DNA of 64,000 bases, from positions 434,001 to 498,000 of the forward strand of contig NZ_JMCB01000003.1 in assembly GCF_000737315.1 (NCBI RefSeq), given 5' to 3'. The position numbers and the translations under genes are program-made. The stretch is from Hyalangium minutum. Lineage in GTDB: Bacteria; Myxococcota; Myxococcia; Myxococcales; Myxococcaceae. The notes under the pieces were generated by a model. That model was not told the origin of the DNA. It worked only from the letters and a program-made list of their open reading frames with translations, and made no database searches. Shown here piece by piece: positions 9,828-18,921 of this stretch (the stretch's first letter is position 1; every line of letters begins with the position of its first letter).

Positions 9828-10346
9828 TCAGCGCTTCAGCGCCTTCTCGATGGCCTTGGCCAGGTCCTCGTGCCCGGCCACGCCCTGCCACGCGGCCACC
9901 GCGCGGCCCTGGCGATCCAGGATGAACGAGGTGGGAAGCGCGATGATCGGTCCGAACGCGCTCTGTCCCGAGATGATGCGCTCATCCGCTATCAGCAGCG
10001 GGTAGCGCAGCTCGTAGTGGTCCGCGAAGGGGCTCAACACCCTCGCCCCTTCCAGATCCATCCCCACGGCTACCACCTGGAGACCCTGCGACCCGTAGTC
10101 CCGCTGCAGCGCCTCCAGCGTCGGCATCTCCGCCACGCACGGGAAGCACCACGTGGCCATGAAGTTCACCAGCACCACGCGTCCGGACAGGTCCGCCGCC
10201 GCGGCTCGCTGAGGCCCCAGCGCAGGAAGCGCCAGCGCTCCCAGAAACCCAGCTCCGGGAGCCTCGACGGGCTCAGGGCCACTCTTGCACGCGGTCAGCC
10301 CCAGCAGCAGGGCGCACGCCAGGGCGCGGCCAACGAGCACGCTCAT
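9828..10346 (-). CDS. TlpA-family thiol-disulfide oxidoreductase lipoprotein
   Basis: Lipobox LTAC; VVLVNFMATWCFPCVAEMP; cis-Pro motif ALPTSFILDRQG. Confidence 0.9.
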   Translation of the reverse strand: MSVLVGRALACALLLGLTACKSGPEPVEAPGAGFLGALALPALGPQRAAAADLSGRVVLVNFMATWCFPCVAEMPTLEALQRDYGSQGLQVVAVGMDLEGARVLSPFADHYELRYPLLIADERIISGQSAFGPIIALPTSFILDRQGRAVAAWQGVAGHEDLAKAIEKALKR

Positions 10347-10804
10347 GCCTCGGTCTTGCGCTCAGAGGCAGTGCGCTGGCAGTCCTTGCACAGGCCGTAC
10401 AGCTCCATCTTGTGCGACGTCACGATGAAGCCGTGCTTGCGCGCCACCGCGTCCTGCATCGCCTCGATGCGATCGTTCTCGAACTCGACGATCTGCCCGC
10501 AGCGCGTGCAGATGAGGTGATCATGGTGCTCGCGTCCCGCGGCCGCCTCGTACCGCGTCTGCCCGTCGCCAAAGTTGCGCGCGTGCGCCAGCCCGCAGTC
10601 ATTCAGCAGCTTCATCGTCCGGTACACGGTGGCCACCGAGACCTTGGTGTCCTGCTCGCGGACCTTGCTCCAGAGCTCCTCGACGGACAGGTGCCCGCCC
10701 ACCGAGAAGAAGGTGTCGATGATGAGGCTGCGCTGGCGTGTGCTCTTCAGCCCGTGCTGCGCCATGTAGCGGTTGAGGACCGCATCCTTCGACTCCTTGT
10801 TCAC
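10343..10804 (-). CDS. fur: Fur-family transcriptional regulator
   Basis: GLKSTRQR, VSVATVYRTMKLL, HHDHLICTRCG, CKDC; GTG start at 10804 with GGAGG RBS. Confidence 0.9.
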   Translation of the reverse strand: MNKESKDAVLNRYMAQHGLKSTRQRSLIIDTFFSVGGHLSVEELWSKVREQDTKVSVATVYRTMKLLNDCGLAHARNFGDGQTRYEAAAGREHHDHLICTRCGQIVEFENDRIEAMQDAVARKHGFIVTSHKMELYGLCKDCQRTASERKTEA

Positions 10805-10987
10805 AGGTAACGCGCCTCCCTCGAGCAGGGGAACTTCCACCATTGGATGACGGGTTCTAAGCGCCATCGCGCCACCTCGCCCCACCCTGCGGACGGTACG
10901 CCGCCTGCCTGGGGTCCCTCCAGCCCCTGTTCGATCCTTGGACTTGCGCCGCCAAAGGGCTGTTTACATTGGAGTCTGTCAGGCTCA

Positions 10988-11017
10988 TTGACACCCGTCC
11001 GCACCGAAAGATAGAGG
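10988..11017 (+). promoter_or_regulatory. Possible sigma70-type promoter for the 11060 gene
   Basis: Perfect TTGACA at 10988-10993; weak -10 (TAGAGG) 18 bp downstream. Confidence 0.3.
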
Positions 11018-11059
11018 CAACCCGTCTCGTAAACGAGCATTTTTCCGCAAGTTTCTTCC

Positions 11060-12286
11060 ATGAATAGCCAGTGGCAGAGAAGACGGCAGCCTGATGATGT
11101 GCCGACCCCCGTGGCGGTGGCCGTCTCCGATTATTGTCGGCGCGCCAAGGCCGCCGCCTCCCCGACTGAAGTCCGCGAAGCGCTCGCCCTCCTCTCCGAG
11201 GAAGATGACTTCCGTGTTCGTACCTTGACCGACACCGAGCCGGAAGTATCACCGCTCGGGCCTTTTGGCGTCGTCGACATTCTGAGGGGGACGCCTCCCC
11301 CCCTGGCCGCCCAGCGCCAGGCGTGCGGCTACTACGAGGTGGCGCAGGAACTGGCCCGGGTGCGCGAGGAGAAGACCCCCGCCCCTGCCCCCGTTGCGCC
11401 GCAGGTTCCCAGTTTCGCTCCGCCTCCGCCGCGTCCGGCTCCGGCCGAGAGCGCCGCCGCCGAGCCCGCTGGCAAGGGCAAGGCCGCCCGTCAGCCCGCC
11501 GAGTCCGTGCAGGATCGCATCGCGCCTCGCAAGCGCACCGGGCCTGCGCTCGAGGCCGAGGAGCCGACTGAGACGGACTCTTCGCGCTTCCTCAAGCGGG
11601 ATCTGCCCAAGCCGCGGGGCCGCTACACGCAGGTGGCTGCTCCCAAGGGCAGCTACCAGACGCTGGTGCGCACCGAGGGCAAGGACATCCTGGAGCCCGC
11701 CCTCTCGCAGAACGAGCACCGCTTCGCGCTGCTGAAGTCGCTGGCCGAGCACTACAACGGGGCCAAGGGCGAATTGTCCCTGGTGGATCTGGAGAGCGTG
11801 CTGCGCAGCCACGAGCTGATGGATCGGCTGACCGCGAAGGAGCGCCAGGCGCTGTTGTCCGCGTACACGGATCAGAAGGGGGCGGCGGGCCGCGTGGCCT
11901 GGGCCCTGGGCCTGAGCCCCTCGGAGCTGCAGCGGCTCACCGCGACGCTCGGCATGCAGGCCGAGGTCGAGGAGCTGCGCGAGCGCTTCCGCCGCGACGT
12001 CCTCGGCGCGCGCCACCTCACGCAGCGGCTGGACACGCTCGGCCGCGACAAGTACCTGGCTGATCTCGGCATCAAGAAACGCTTCACGGATGCGCTCCGG
12101 CGGGAACTGGAGGGGCTCGTGCAGGAAGAGCTCTCGGGAGCGAACGATCTGCCGGGGCTCGCGCTCGCCGTTGCCCGCAAGCACGGCGCGCCGCAAGAGC
12201 TCGTCCTCCGTGCCCTGGATCGCCTGGGGATGGCGGGCAAGCTGCGCGAGCAGCTCGCGGCTCACTCTCATCACTCTTCGCCCTGA
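11060..12286 (+). CDS. Hypothetical protein with Pro-rich linker and possible C-terminal HTH-like segments
   Basis: 408-aa ORF with typical GC3-rich codons; AAGRVAWALGLSPSELQRL resembles an HTH. Confidence 0.78.
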   Translation: MNSQWQRRRQPDDVPTPVAVAVSDYCRRAKAAASPTEVREALALLSEEDDFRVRTLTDTEPEVSPLGPFGVVDILRGTPPPLAAQRQACGYYEVAQELARVREEKTPAPAPVAPQVPSFAPPPPRPAPAESAAAEPAGKGKAARQPAESVQDRIAPRKRTGPALEAEEPTETDSSRFLKRDLPKPRGRYTQVAAPKGSYQTLVRTEGKDILEPALSQNEHRFALLKSLAEHYNGAKGELSLVDLESVLRSHELMDRLTAKERQALLSAYTDQKGAAGRVAWALGLSPSELQRLTATLGMQAEVEELRERFRRDVLGARHLTQRLDTLGRDKYLADLGIKKRFTDALRRELEGLVQEELSGANDLPGLALAVARKHGAPQELVLRALDRLGMAGKLREQLAAHSHHSSP

Positions 12287-12298
12287 CGAGGTTCCATC

Positions 12299-12661
12299 AT
12301 GCCCATCTACGAGTATTCCTGTCAGAGCTGTGGAAAGACGATCGACGTGCTCCAGAAGGTGAGCGATCCGACTCCCGAGACGTGCTCCGCCTGCGGTGCC
12401 ACCGGCTCGCTGTCGAAGATCGTCAGCCGCTCCAGCTTCGTCCTCAAGGGCGGCGGCTGGTACTCGGATCTCTACAGCTCCACCAAGAAGGACGGCGCCA
12501 GCAGCAGCTCGGACTCGAGTTCGTCCTCCAGCTCCAGCTCCAACTCGACGCCCTCCAGCAGCACGCCGTCCGCGAGCAGCAGCACCTCCAGTACCTCCAG
12601 CACCTCCAGTTCCTCCTCCTCTGCGGCTCCGGCTGCGGCGTCGAGCGGCAGCAAGAGCTAG
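12299..12661 (+). CDS. FmdB-family zinc-ribbon protein with Ser-rich tail
   Basis: MPIYEYSCQSCG...CSACG...SFVLKGGGWYSDLY, then poly-Ser/Thr/Ala. Confidence 0.92.
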   Translation: MPIYEYSCQSCGKTIDVLQKVSDPTPETCSACGATGSLSKIVSRSSFVLKGGGWYSDLYSSTKKDGASSSSDSSSSSSSSSNSTPSSSTPSASSSTSSTSSTSSSSSSAAPAAASSGSKS

Positions 12662-12685
12662 GCGGGCCGGAAACTGGCGGAGGGT

Positions 12686-12719
12686 AAAGGGCCGACGCAC
12701 ACTCCGCGTCGTGCCCTTT
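12686..12719 (+). terminator. Stem-loop, putative intrinsic terminator
   Basis: AAAGGGC-CGACGC / GCGTCG-T-GCCCTTT inverted repeat 25 bp after the stop; short U tract. Confidence 0.45.
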
Positions 12720-12940
12720 CCACCGACCAAGCGCCCTCCCCGCCGCTGTGCTCTCTGTGGCCATCCGGAGCTGACGGACGCCCGTGGCCTGGGCCGCTTC
12801 CTGCTGGTGGCGGATCCCGATGGCCGTGGTCCCGTGTGCCCTCCTCAGCGGGGGTGCCAGGCGCTCGTTCGCACCACCGAACCGCTGACGCAGGCCAGCC
12901 GCTGAGCTAAGCAAGGCCTCTCACGTCTTGGGAGGCTTTG

Positions 12941-13690
12941 GTGAAGAGGCTGCTCGTCGTCCTGCTCGCCCTGCTCGCGCCGGGCTGCAAATCCCACACG
13001 CAGATCGCGCCGGAGGATCGCGCCGCGCTGGAGCACACGCTCTCCGGCCCGGAGGCGGATCGTTTCCTGCGCCAGTCCATGTACATCACCCCCTTCTTCG
13101 GGGATGCCTCCAAGCGGCTGCTCACGCCGTATCCGCCGCAGGAGGTGCTCCTGCTCAATGACACGAAGGGGCAGACGCTCAACCCCGGCCCCATCGAGGC
13201 CACGCTGCCCGCGGGCTCGAAGGCGCGCATCCGGAAGATCGAGTTCCCCACCGCGTGGGCGGTGACCGAGCGCATCCTCTACTCGCCGCGCACCCTGCCC
13301 TGGGTCTACGTGGACGTGGAGGGCGCGCCGAAGGGGCCGCCACTGGTGTTCGTGCTGCCTGGCAACCTCAAGACGCGCGAGGAGGTGCTCGCGGAGGTGG
13401 GGCGCACGCTGGCCACGCAGGATCCCGCCGCGCAGCTGACCGCCTTCCCCGAGCCCGTACGGGAGGCCATCCGCCAGAAGAAGTCCGTGCAGGACATGCC
13501 GGCCGAGGCGCTGGAGATGTCCTGGGGCCCGCCGGAGAAGGTCCGGCGCACGCTCGAGGGCACGCAGCGACACGAGGAGTGGATCTACCCCGGAGGCCTG
13601 CGCCACGCCTTCCTGACGGATGGTCGGCTGGTCAAGGTGGAGGAGACGTCCGCGCCCCCGCCCAACCTCACTCCGGGCTCGAAGCCTTGA
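12941..13690 (+). CDS. Hypothetical lipoprotein (C-terminus reminiscent of SmpA/BamE-like domain)
   Basis: GGAGG RBS + GTG; lipobox LAPGC; MSWGPPEKV...EEWIYPGG. Confidence 0.8.
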   Translation: MKRLLVVLLALLAPGCKSHTQIAPEDRAALEHTLSGPEADRFLRQSMYITPFFGDASKRLLTPYPPQEVLLLNDTKGQTLNPGPIEATLPAGSKARIRKIEFPTAWAVTERILYSPRTLPWVYVDVEGAPKGPPLVFVLPGNLKTREEVLAEVGRTLATQDPAAQLTAFPEPVREAIRQKKSVQDMPAEALEMSWGPPEKVRRTLEGTQRHEEWIYPGGLRHAFLTDGRLVKVEETSAPPPNLTPGSKP

Positions 13691-13702
13691 GCCCCCCGGC
13701 GA

Positions 13703-14443
13703 TCAGCGGCGACGGCGACGGTTTCCCCCGCCGCCCCCGCCGCCCCCGCCGCGCTTGCCTCCGCTCTTGCCGGCCTGGGCCTCGCCCGGCCGCGTGAGCC
13801 GGGGCAGCTCGCCTGCCATCACCGGCCAGTACTCGCCCTTGAGCAGCTCCGCCACGAGCTGCTCCTGCGTAGCGATGGGGCGCTTGAAGAGCGTGGCGCC
13901 GCGGCCCACCTCGTCCAGCGAGCCGCGCGCATCGCTGCCGCCCGTGCAGGGAAGCTTCAGGGACTCGGCGGCCTCCACGGCCAGATCATTGGCCGTCTGC
14001 TTCACCTTGGCGTTGTACCCCTCCACGCCGCTCAGCAGGTTCAGCGAGCGGATGAAGTCCATGGGAGGGTTCGGAAACTCCCGATCATACGGCCGCGCCG
14101 CGATGATGGCCGCGCCCATGGACTTCACCTTGGGCAGGCACTCGGCGGCGCTCCAGGGCTTCTCGCGGTTGCTGCCCCACAGCTGCACGGGCTCGGGCGC
14201 CAGCTCCGGCTTCGGGAAGAAGCACAGGTACTGGCCCTTGTCGGTGATCAGCTCCAGCCCGACGAACACCTTGAGCTTGGACTTGGCGCCCACGTCGAAC
14301 AGCTCATCACAGCCGTCCTGCGTGTTCGTCTCGGTGAAGGCCACCCCGTCCAGTCCGAACAGCGCCGCCCGCTCGAGCACGGCGCGGGGATCCAGATCGC
14401 AGCCCTTGGAGAGATGTGTGTGCGCGTGCAGGTCGATCAGCAT
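13703..14443 (-). CDS. PHP-domain metal-dependent phosphoesterase
   Basis: IDLHAHT, FTETN, GLELIT, VEGYN, GGSDAR; Gly/Arg-rich C-terminal tail. Confidence 0.9.
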   Translation of the reverse strand: MLIDLHAHTHLSKGCDLDPRAVLERAALFGLDGVAFTETNTQDGCDELFDVGAKSKLKVFVGLELITDKGQYLCFFPKPELAPEPVQLWGSNREKPWSAAECLPKVKSMGAAIIAARPYDREFPNPPMDFIRSLNLLSGVEGYNAKVKQTANDLAVEAAESLKLPCTGGSDARGSLDEVGRGATLFKRPIATQEQLVAELLKGEYWPVMAGELPRLTRPGEAQAGKSGGKRGGGGGGGGGNRRRRR

Positions 14444-14506
14444 GGGCGCCGCTCCCTAACAGGCTCGCCGGAGCCTGTCGAGTCTCGACGCCCGTACTGG
14501 AGCCGG

Positions 14507-14782
14507 TTACGCGTAGGCGTAGCTCTGGAAGAGGCCCTTCTGGGTGGAGTTGTTCTTCTCCTCGTAAGTGCGGATGAGGTAGCCCATCAGCATCAGCGAA
14601 GAGGTGTTCTCCAGCACCCGGGAGGGGTCCTTCGAGATGAGGTTGGCGCTGTAGTTGAGGAAGAACTGGGCCAGATCTTCGCCCGCTTCCTTGACGATCA
14701 GCGCGTTGAGCGCGGCCGGATCCATGGTCCGGATCGCATTGATGAAATCGACCGCCAGGTCCTTCTTGGTCTTCACGTCCAC
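14507..14782 (-). CDS. Small hypothetical protein (91 aa)
   Basis: Protein-like helical composition; GTG start preceded by GGGGAT. Confidence 0.75.
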   Translation of the reverse strand: MDVKTKKDLAVDFINAIRTMDPAALNALIVKEAGEDLAQFFLNYSANLISKDPSRVLENTSSLMLMGYLIRTYEEKNNSTQKGLFQSYAYA

Positions 14783-14905
14783 GTACCCATCCCCCGTCGC
14801 CCGCCCTCCCCGGGACCCGTTTCCCGGGCTCGCTCCTGATGCGACTCCGAAAATCTAGGCACTTTCTCCTACCTGCAAACCCCCAGCACAAGGCGAGCAG
14901 GCTTT

Positions 14906-14935
14906 TTGACACCCTGTAACGGCATGTGCGATAAC
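14906..14935 (+). promoter_or_regulatory. Possible sigma70 promoter for the 14972 gene
   Basis: TTGACA at 14906-14911; TG-n-GATAAC extended -10-like element at 14927-14935. Confidence 0.35.
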
Positions 14936-14971
14936 TGGATCACGCGACGTCGCATCAATCAGGAGGGGACG

Positions 14972-15166
14972 ATGTTCACGGGCGTGAAGGTTTTTTCGGC
15001 GACCAAGGCCAAAGAGCGCGAGGAGCTGGGTGAGAACGTCACCCGCTGGATCAAGAGCAACTCGGATCTGGAGATCGTCGACCGGGTGGTCTGCCAGTCC
15101 AGCGACAACGAGTTCCACTGCTACACGTTGGTGCTCTTCTACAAGCACGCGAAGGCGCAGCCATAG
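14972..15166 (+). CDS. Small hypothetical protein (64 aa)
   Basis: AGGAGG RBS then MFTGVKVFSATKAKEREELGENVTRWIKS...QSSDNEFHCYTLVLFY. Confidence 0.82.
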   Translation: MFTGVKVFSATKAKEREELGENVTRWIKSNSDLEIVDRVVCQSSDNEFHCYTLVLFYKHAKAQP

Positions 15167-15244
15167 GGCTGCGTCCCTGGCTGTAGAGCCACCCAGCGTA
15201 CGAGCGCCATCCGTCCGAGGCCGCCCTTCTTCGCGGTCTCCGGA

Positions 15245-16585
15245 TCAGTCGTCCTTGCTGTCCTTGGCGGTTCCGTGATCCCGGCCCTTCCCGTTCCGTA
15301 CCTGGGCCAGGTCGCGGATGTTCAGCAGCGTCTGGAAGTCCGCCACGCGGGGCCCGCTGGAGCTCAGCTCCTGGGCGAGGAAGGCGGAGAGCTGCGAGGC
15401 GCTGCCCACCTCTCGTAAGCGCACGTGGAGGAAGTTCGTTCCCGTCTCGGACTTGTGGCACCCGCTGCACGTGGCCTGGGCGAAGGCCTTGCGCACCTGC
15501 TCGGAGACGCCTGGGACGCTCCAGGCCAGGTCTTCCGGTACAGGCGCGGCGGCGGCCAAGAAGTCCCGGCCCTGCCATGTCCGGGGGACTTCATGCTGGC
15601 CGGCGAGGATGTCCCTCGCGTTGGAGCTCACCCAGGTGCCGAGCGTGGTGGTGCCGTTGAGCTCGGCGTTCACCTCCTGCTTCACGGTGGTGGTCCTCAA
15701 GAATCCCGACTGGGAGAGGACGAACTCGCGCATCTCCCAGAGCCCCGGGGTCACGGGAGACAAGGGCACTTCATTGGTGCGGATCTGCAGCAACGCGCTG
15801 CCGTTCACCCGGCGGGGCGCCGCGTTCCACTTGGTGAACTCGCGCGTCACCTTGACGAGCTTCGAGTTGTAGCGCTCGCCAAAGGGCTGGCTGCCCAGCT
15901 GGTGCCAGCGCTGCGCCCACGTGAGGGTGGTGACCTTCTCGGAGACGGGGAGCTCGTACTCGAAGATGATGGTGAAGGGCAGCTTCTGCCCTTGAGCGCC
16001 CAGCGCGCCGAAGATGAAGCGCCCCTGCCCCCCCAGCCCCGCGGACGTATTCGAGGCCACCTGGCGCAGGTCTGGCCGGTTCACGATGGCCAGCAGCCGG
16101 AAGGGAGCGCGAGCCATGTCCAGCACGCAGGAATCGTCGGGCCCCCTGCAGCCGCTGGCCGTGCGCCAGGGGTCGATGATCACGGAGCGGATCAGCGGCC
16201 GGGCCGGGATGACTTGCCCATTCACCGTCTCGCTCTGCTCCCACGACTTCAGCCAGCGCAGGATGAACTGAGAGCGTCCGTAGGGCGTCCGCAGCCAATC
16301 CGGCAGCATGTCGTCGATGAGCTGCCCGAAGGACCACGCTCCCTCGGACTCGGTGTTCTTCCGGGAGGGCCATGCGGTGTACCGCGTGTCATCCACCACT
16401 TTGACATCCGTGATGAAGAGCTCACGCGCTGGATCAATGGGGGTGTTCTGCTTCTCGGACTGGCGCAGGGTGCCTAGCTCCTCTGGCTCCTCTGGCTCAG
16501 GAGGCGCACACGCGGCGAGCGCCGCCAGGGCGCCAATGCACAGCCAGGGTCCCAGCACCTCGGTGCCCTTGCGGACGATGCGCAT
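15245..16585 (-). CDS. Lipoprotein with a single C-terminal CxxCH (putative monoheme)
   Basis: GGAGG RBS + ATG 16585; lipobox LAALAAC; APFRLLAIVNRPDL; ATCSGCH. Confidence 0.8.
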   Translation of the reverse strand: MRIVRKGTEVLGPWLCIGALAALAACAPPEPEEPEELGTLRQSEKQNTPIDPARELFITDVKVVDDTRYTAWPSRKNTESEGAWSFGQLIDDMLPDWLRTPYGRSQFILRWLKSWEQSETVNGQVIPARPLIRSVIIDPWRTASGCRGPDDSCVLDMARAPFRLLAIVNRPDLRQVASNTSAGLGGQGRFIFGALGAQGQKLPFTIIFEYELPVSEKVTTLTWAQRWHQLGSQPFGERYNSKLVKVTREFTKWNAAPRRVNGSALLQIRTNEVPLSPVTPGLWEMREFVLSQSGFLRTTTVKQEVNAELNGTTTLGTWVSSNARDILAGQHEVPRTWQGRDFLAAAAPVPEDLAWSVPGVSEQVRKAFAQATCSGCHKSETGTNFLHVRLREVGSASQLSAFLAQELSSSGPRVADFQTLLNIRDLAQVRNGKGRDHGTAKDSKDD

Positions 16586-16847
16586 GTCTACCTCCAGACT
16601 GCTTGATGAGCGGGGCTCGCGCACTCGGCGAGCGCGAAGGCCTTCGCAATCGGCAGGAGAGGTATCCACGGCGGACCCAGAAGCAATCGGCCACGACCTG
16701 CCCTGCGGCCGTATCAGGGCCCCTCCGACTTTCAACCACTGATCATCCGGGGCAGGGGCGCGTTGGATGGTGGAAGGACTGCCCGAAAGGGCGAGGCATG
16801 TAGGACTTGCCGTGCCTGCCAGCATGCACAGCGTTCGGACCGAAACC

Positions 16848-18872
16848 ATGCGCCCTGTGCACCGACGCATTCTCGGGGTCCTCGTTACCGCCTGCACACT
16901 CGTGGGGGCGGGCTTCGCCACGCTCAAACTGGAGGAACGTGGACAGAAGGTGGCCCAGACGCGCTCAGCGCAGATGGTGGGCGTGGCGCTCACCGGGGCC
17001 CGCGAGTCGCTCACCCGCCGGCTGCGGGGCGTGGAGGCCCGGGCCGCGGCGGGTGCTTCCTTGAATCCCGTGCGCGCGCTGGTCGCCGAGCACGTGGACT
17101 CCGCCACCCTCCAGGATGCCTTTGGCACGGAGAGCTGGTGGAAGGCGTTCCGGGACGAGTTCTCCCTCCACGTGCTCCTCAAAGGACGCGAGCGCTTCGA
17201 CTTCACTCCGGATGGGGTCTCCCGGCCGATGGAGCTCTCGCCGCTGCTGGCTGCGGCGGAGGGCCGCTCGCTGGCTTCGAGCCTGCTCCTGGTGGGAGAC
17301 GTGCCGTACCTGGCCGCAGCGGCGGAGGTGGAGGTGCCTCCCTCGGCGGTGGCTGGGCGGGCCCTGCTGGTGCTCGCACGGCCCTTGAGCAGTGTGGAGC
17401 TGGGGGCTCTGGCACAGGAGGTCCATGCGGCGCTCGTTCTCGCCGATGCCCGGGGCGTGTCCCTGGCGCAGGCGTGGGGCGCGAGCTCGCAGCAATTGCC
17501 TTCCCCCGACTTGCAGGAGGCCCCCCTCACGGGAGCGAAGGGTGAGTGGTCCGTGGCTCGGGCCGAGGTGGGGCCGGGCCTGTTTCTCTGGGCCCGGGTG
17601 GACAGCCGGGCCGAGGCCGCTCAGGCGCGCGGCGCGGCGCGGGCGCTGATGTTGCCCGTGGGGTTCACGGCCCTGCTGATCTCGGGCATCGCGCTCTGGC
17701 TCGGGCTGCGCTCTCAGCGGGACACGGCCACGGCGGAGCTGCTGGCCGAGGCGACGGAGCGGCTCGCCGCGGCGGAGGCCCAGATTCAGCGCCTGTCTCG
17801 CTCGCTGCCGGCCATCCGGGATCAGGACATTCCGAGCGCCACCCTTCCCTCTCCCCTGCCGCGCATCGAGCCGTCGCTCGCGGCGCCAGTGCCCTTTGGC
17901 CGCTACGAGCTGCTGCGCCCGCTGGGCGAGGGCGGCATGGCGCGGGTGTACCTGGCGCTCGCCCGGAGCGATGGCGGCTTCGAGCGCCTGTTTGTCATCA
18001 AGCGGCTGCATGAGCCGCTCACGCGCAAGCCGGACTCGGTGACGCAGTTCATGGACGAGGCCCGGCTGGGCGCCAGCCTCATCCACTCGAATGTGGTCCC
18101 CGTCTATGACTTCGGCCAGGTGGACGGCGAGTATTACATGGCCTCGGAGTACATCCTGGGCCGGGATCTCGACACGGTGTTGCGCCGCTCCTTCGAGCTC
18201 GAGGGTGGCCCCCTGGAGCCCGCCACCGTCTTCTTCGTGGCGCAGGAGGTCCTCAAGGCGCTCGGGTACGCGCACACGAAGCAGGATGCGCAGGGCCAGC
18301 CGCTGGGGATCGTCCACCGCGACGTGTCGCCGATGAACGTCCTGGCCTCAGCTCGCGGAGAGGTGAAGCTGCTGGACTTTGGCATCGCCAAGAGCGCGCA
18401 CCGCTCCACGCAGACACGGGCGGGGTTGGTGAAGGGCAACGTGAACTTCATGGCCCCGGAGCAGGCGCGAGGACACGAGGTGGATGCGCGCGCGGATCTC
18501 TTCTCACTGGGCCTGACGCTCTTCTGGTGCCTCACCGGAGAGCATCTCTACGACGCGCAGAGCGACTTCGAGCGGATCCTGCAGGCTGCCGAGGGCCCCA
18601 GCGAGCCGCACTGGGAGCGCATCTCCCGGCTGCCCACGCCCTCGGTGGCGATCCTCGAGCGGGCCCTGCAGCCCCACCCAACGGATCGCTTCCAGTCGGC
18701 CGAGGAGTTCGCCCGGGCCCTGCCTGCGATCCAGCCCGAGGACACCCTGAGCTTGGAGCGCGCCATGCTGCGCCTCTTTGGCGAGGAGCTGCGCGCCGAG
18801 GCCGCCTACCGCTCCGCTCTGGCTGCCGTCTCGGAGTCGCCCACCTCGCTTGGCCACGCCTTCACGGGCTGA
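16848..18872 (+). CDS. Membrane Ser/Thr protein kinase with N-terminal extracytoplasmic domain
   Basis: TM-periplasmic-TM, then LGEGGMARVY, FVIKRL, VHRDVSPMNVL, DFGIAK, FMAPEQ, DLFSLG; start uncertain (16767-16848). Confidence 0.92.
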   Translation: MRPVHRRILGVLVTACTLVGAGFATLKLEERGQKVAQTRSAQMVGVALTGARESLTRRLRGVEARAAAGASLNPVRALVAEHVDSATLQDAFGTESWWKAFRDEFSLHVLLKGRERFDFTPDGVSRPMELSPLLAAAEGRSLASSLLLVGDVPYLAAAAEVEVPPSAVAGRALLVLARPLSSVELGALAQEVHAALVLADARGVSLAQAWGASSQQLPSPDLQEAPLTGAKGEWSVARAEVGPGLFLWARVDSRAEAAQARGAARALMLPVGFTALLISGIALWLGLRSQRDTATAELLAEATERLAAAEAQIQRLSRSLPAIRDQDIPSATLPSPLPRIEPSLAAPVPFGRYELLRPLGEGGMARVYLALARSDGGFERLFVIKRLHEPLTRKPDSVTQFMDEARLGASLIHSNVVPVYDFGQVDGEYYMASEYILGRDLDTVLRRSFELEGGPLEPATVFFVAQEVLKALGYAHTKQDAQGQPLGIVHRDVSPMNVLASARGEVKLLDFGIAKSAHRSTQTRAGLVKGNVNFMAPEQARGHEVDARADLFSLGLTLFWCLTGEHLYDAQSDFERILQAAEGPSEPHWERISRLPTPSVAILERALQPHPTDRFQSAEEFARALPAIQPEDTLSLERAMLRLFGEELRAEAAYRSALAAVSESPTSLGHAFTG

Positions 18873-18921
18873 CGCCGGGCGCTTCCCCGCTCACCTCCGT
18901 CGCTCCCCACGCGAGGCCCCC

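Noticed and set aside
10944-10970. TTGCGC...TACATT promoter-like pair and a possible Fur box
   Set aside because: Spacer is only 15 bp and no GATAATGATAATCATTATC-like inverted repeat is present.
16586-17530. N-terminal extension of the 15245..17530 ORF
   Set aside because: Overlaps the kinase on the other strand; a good RBS, ATG and lipoprotein signal occur at 16585.
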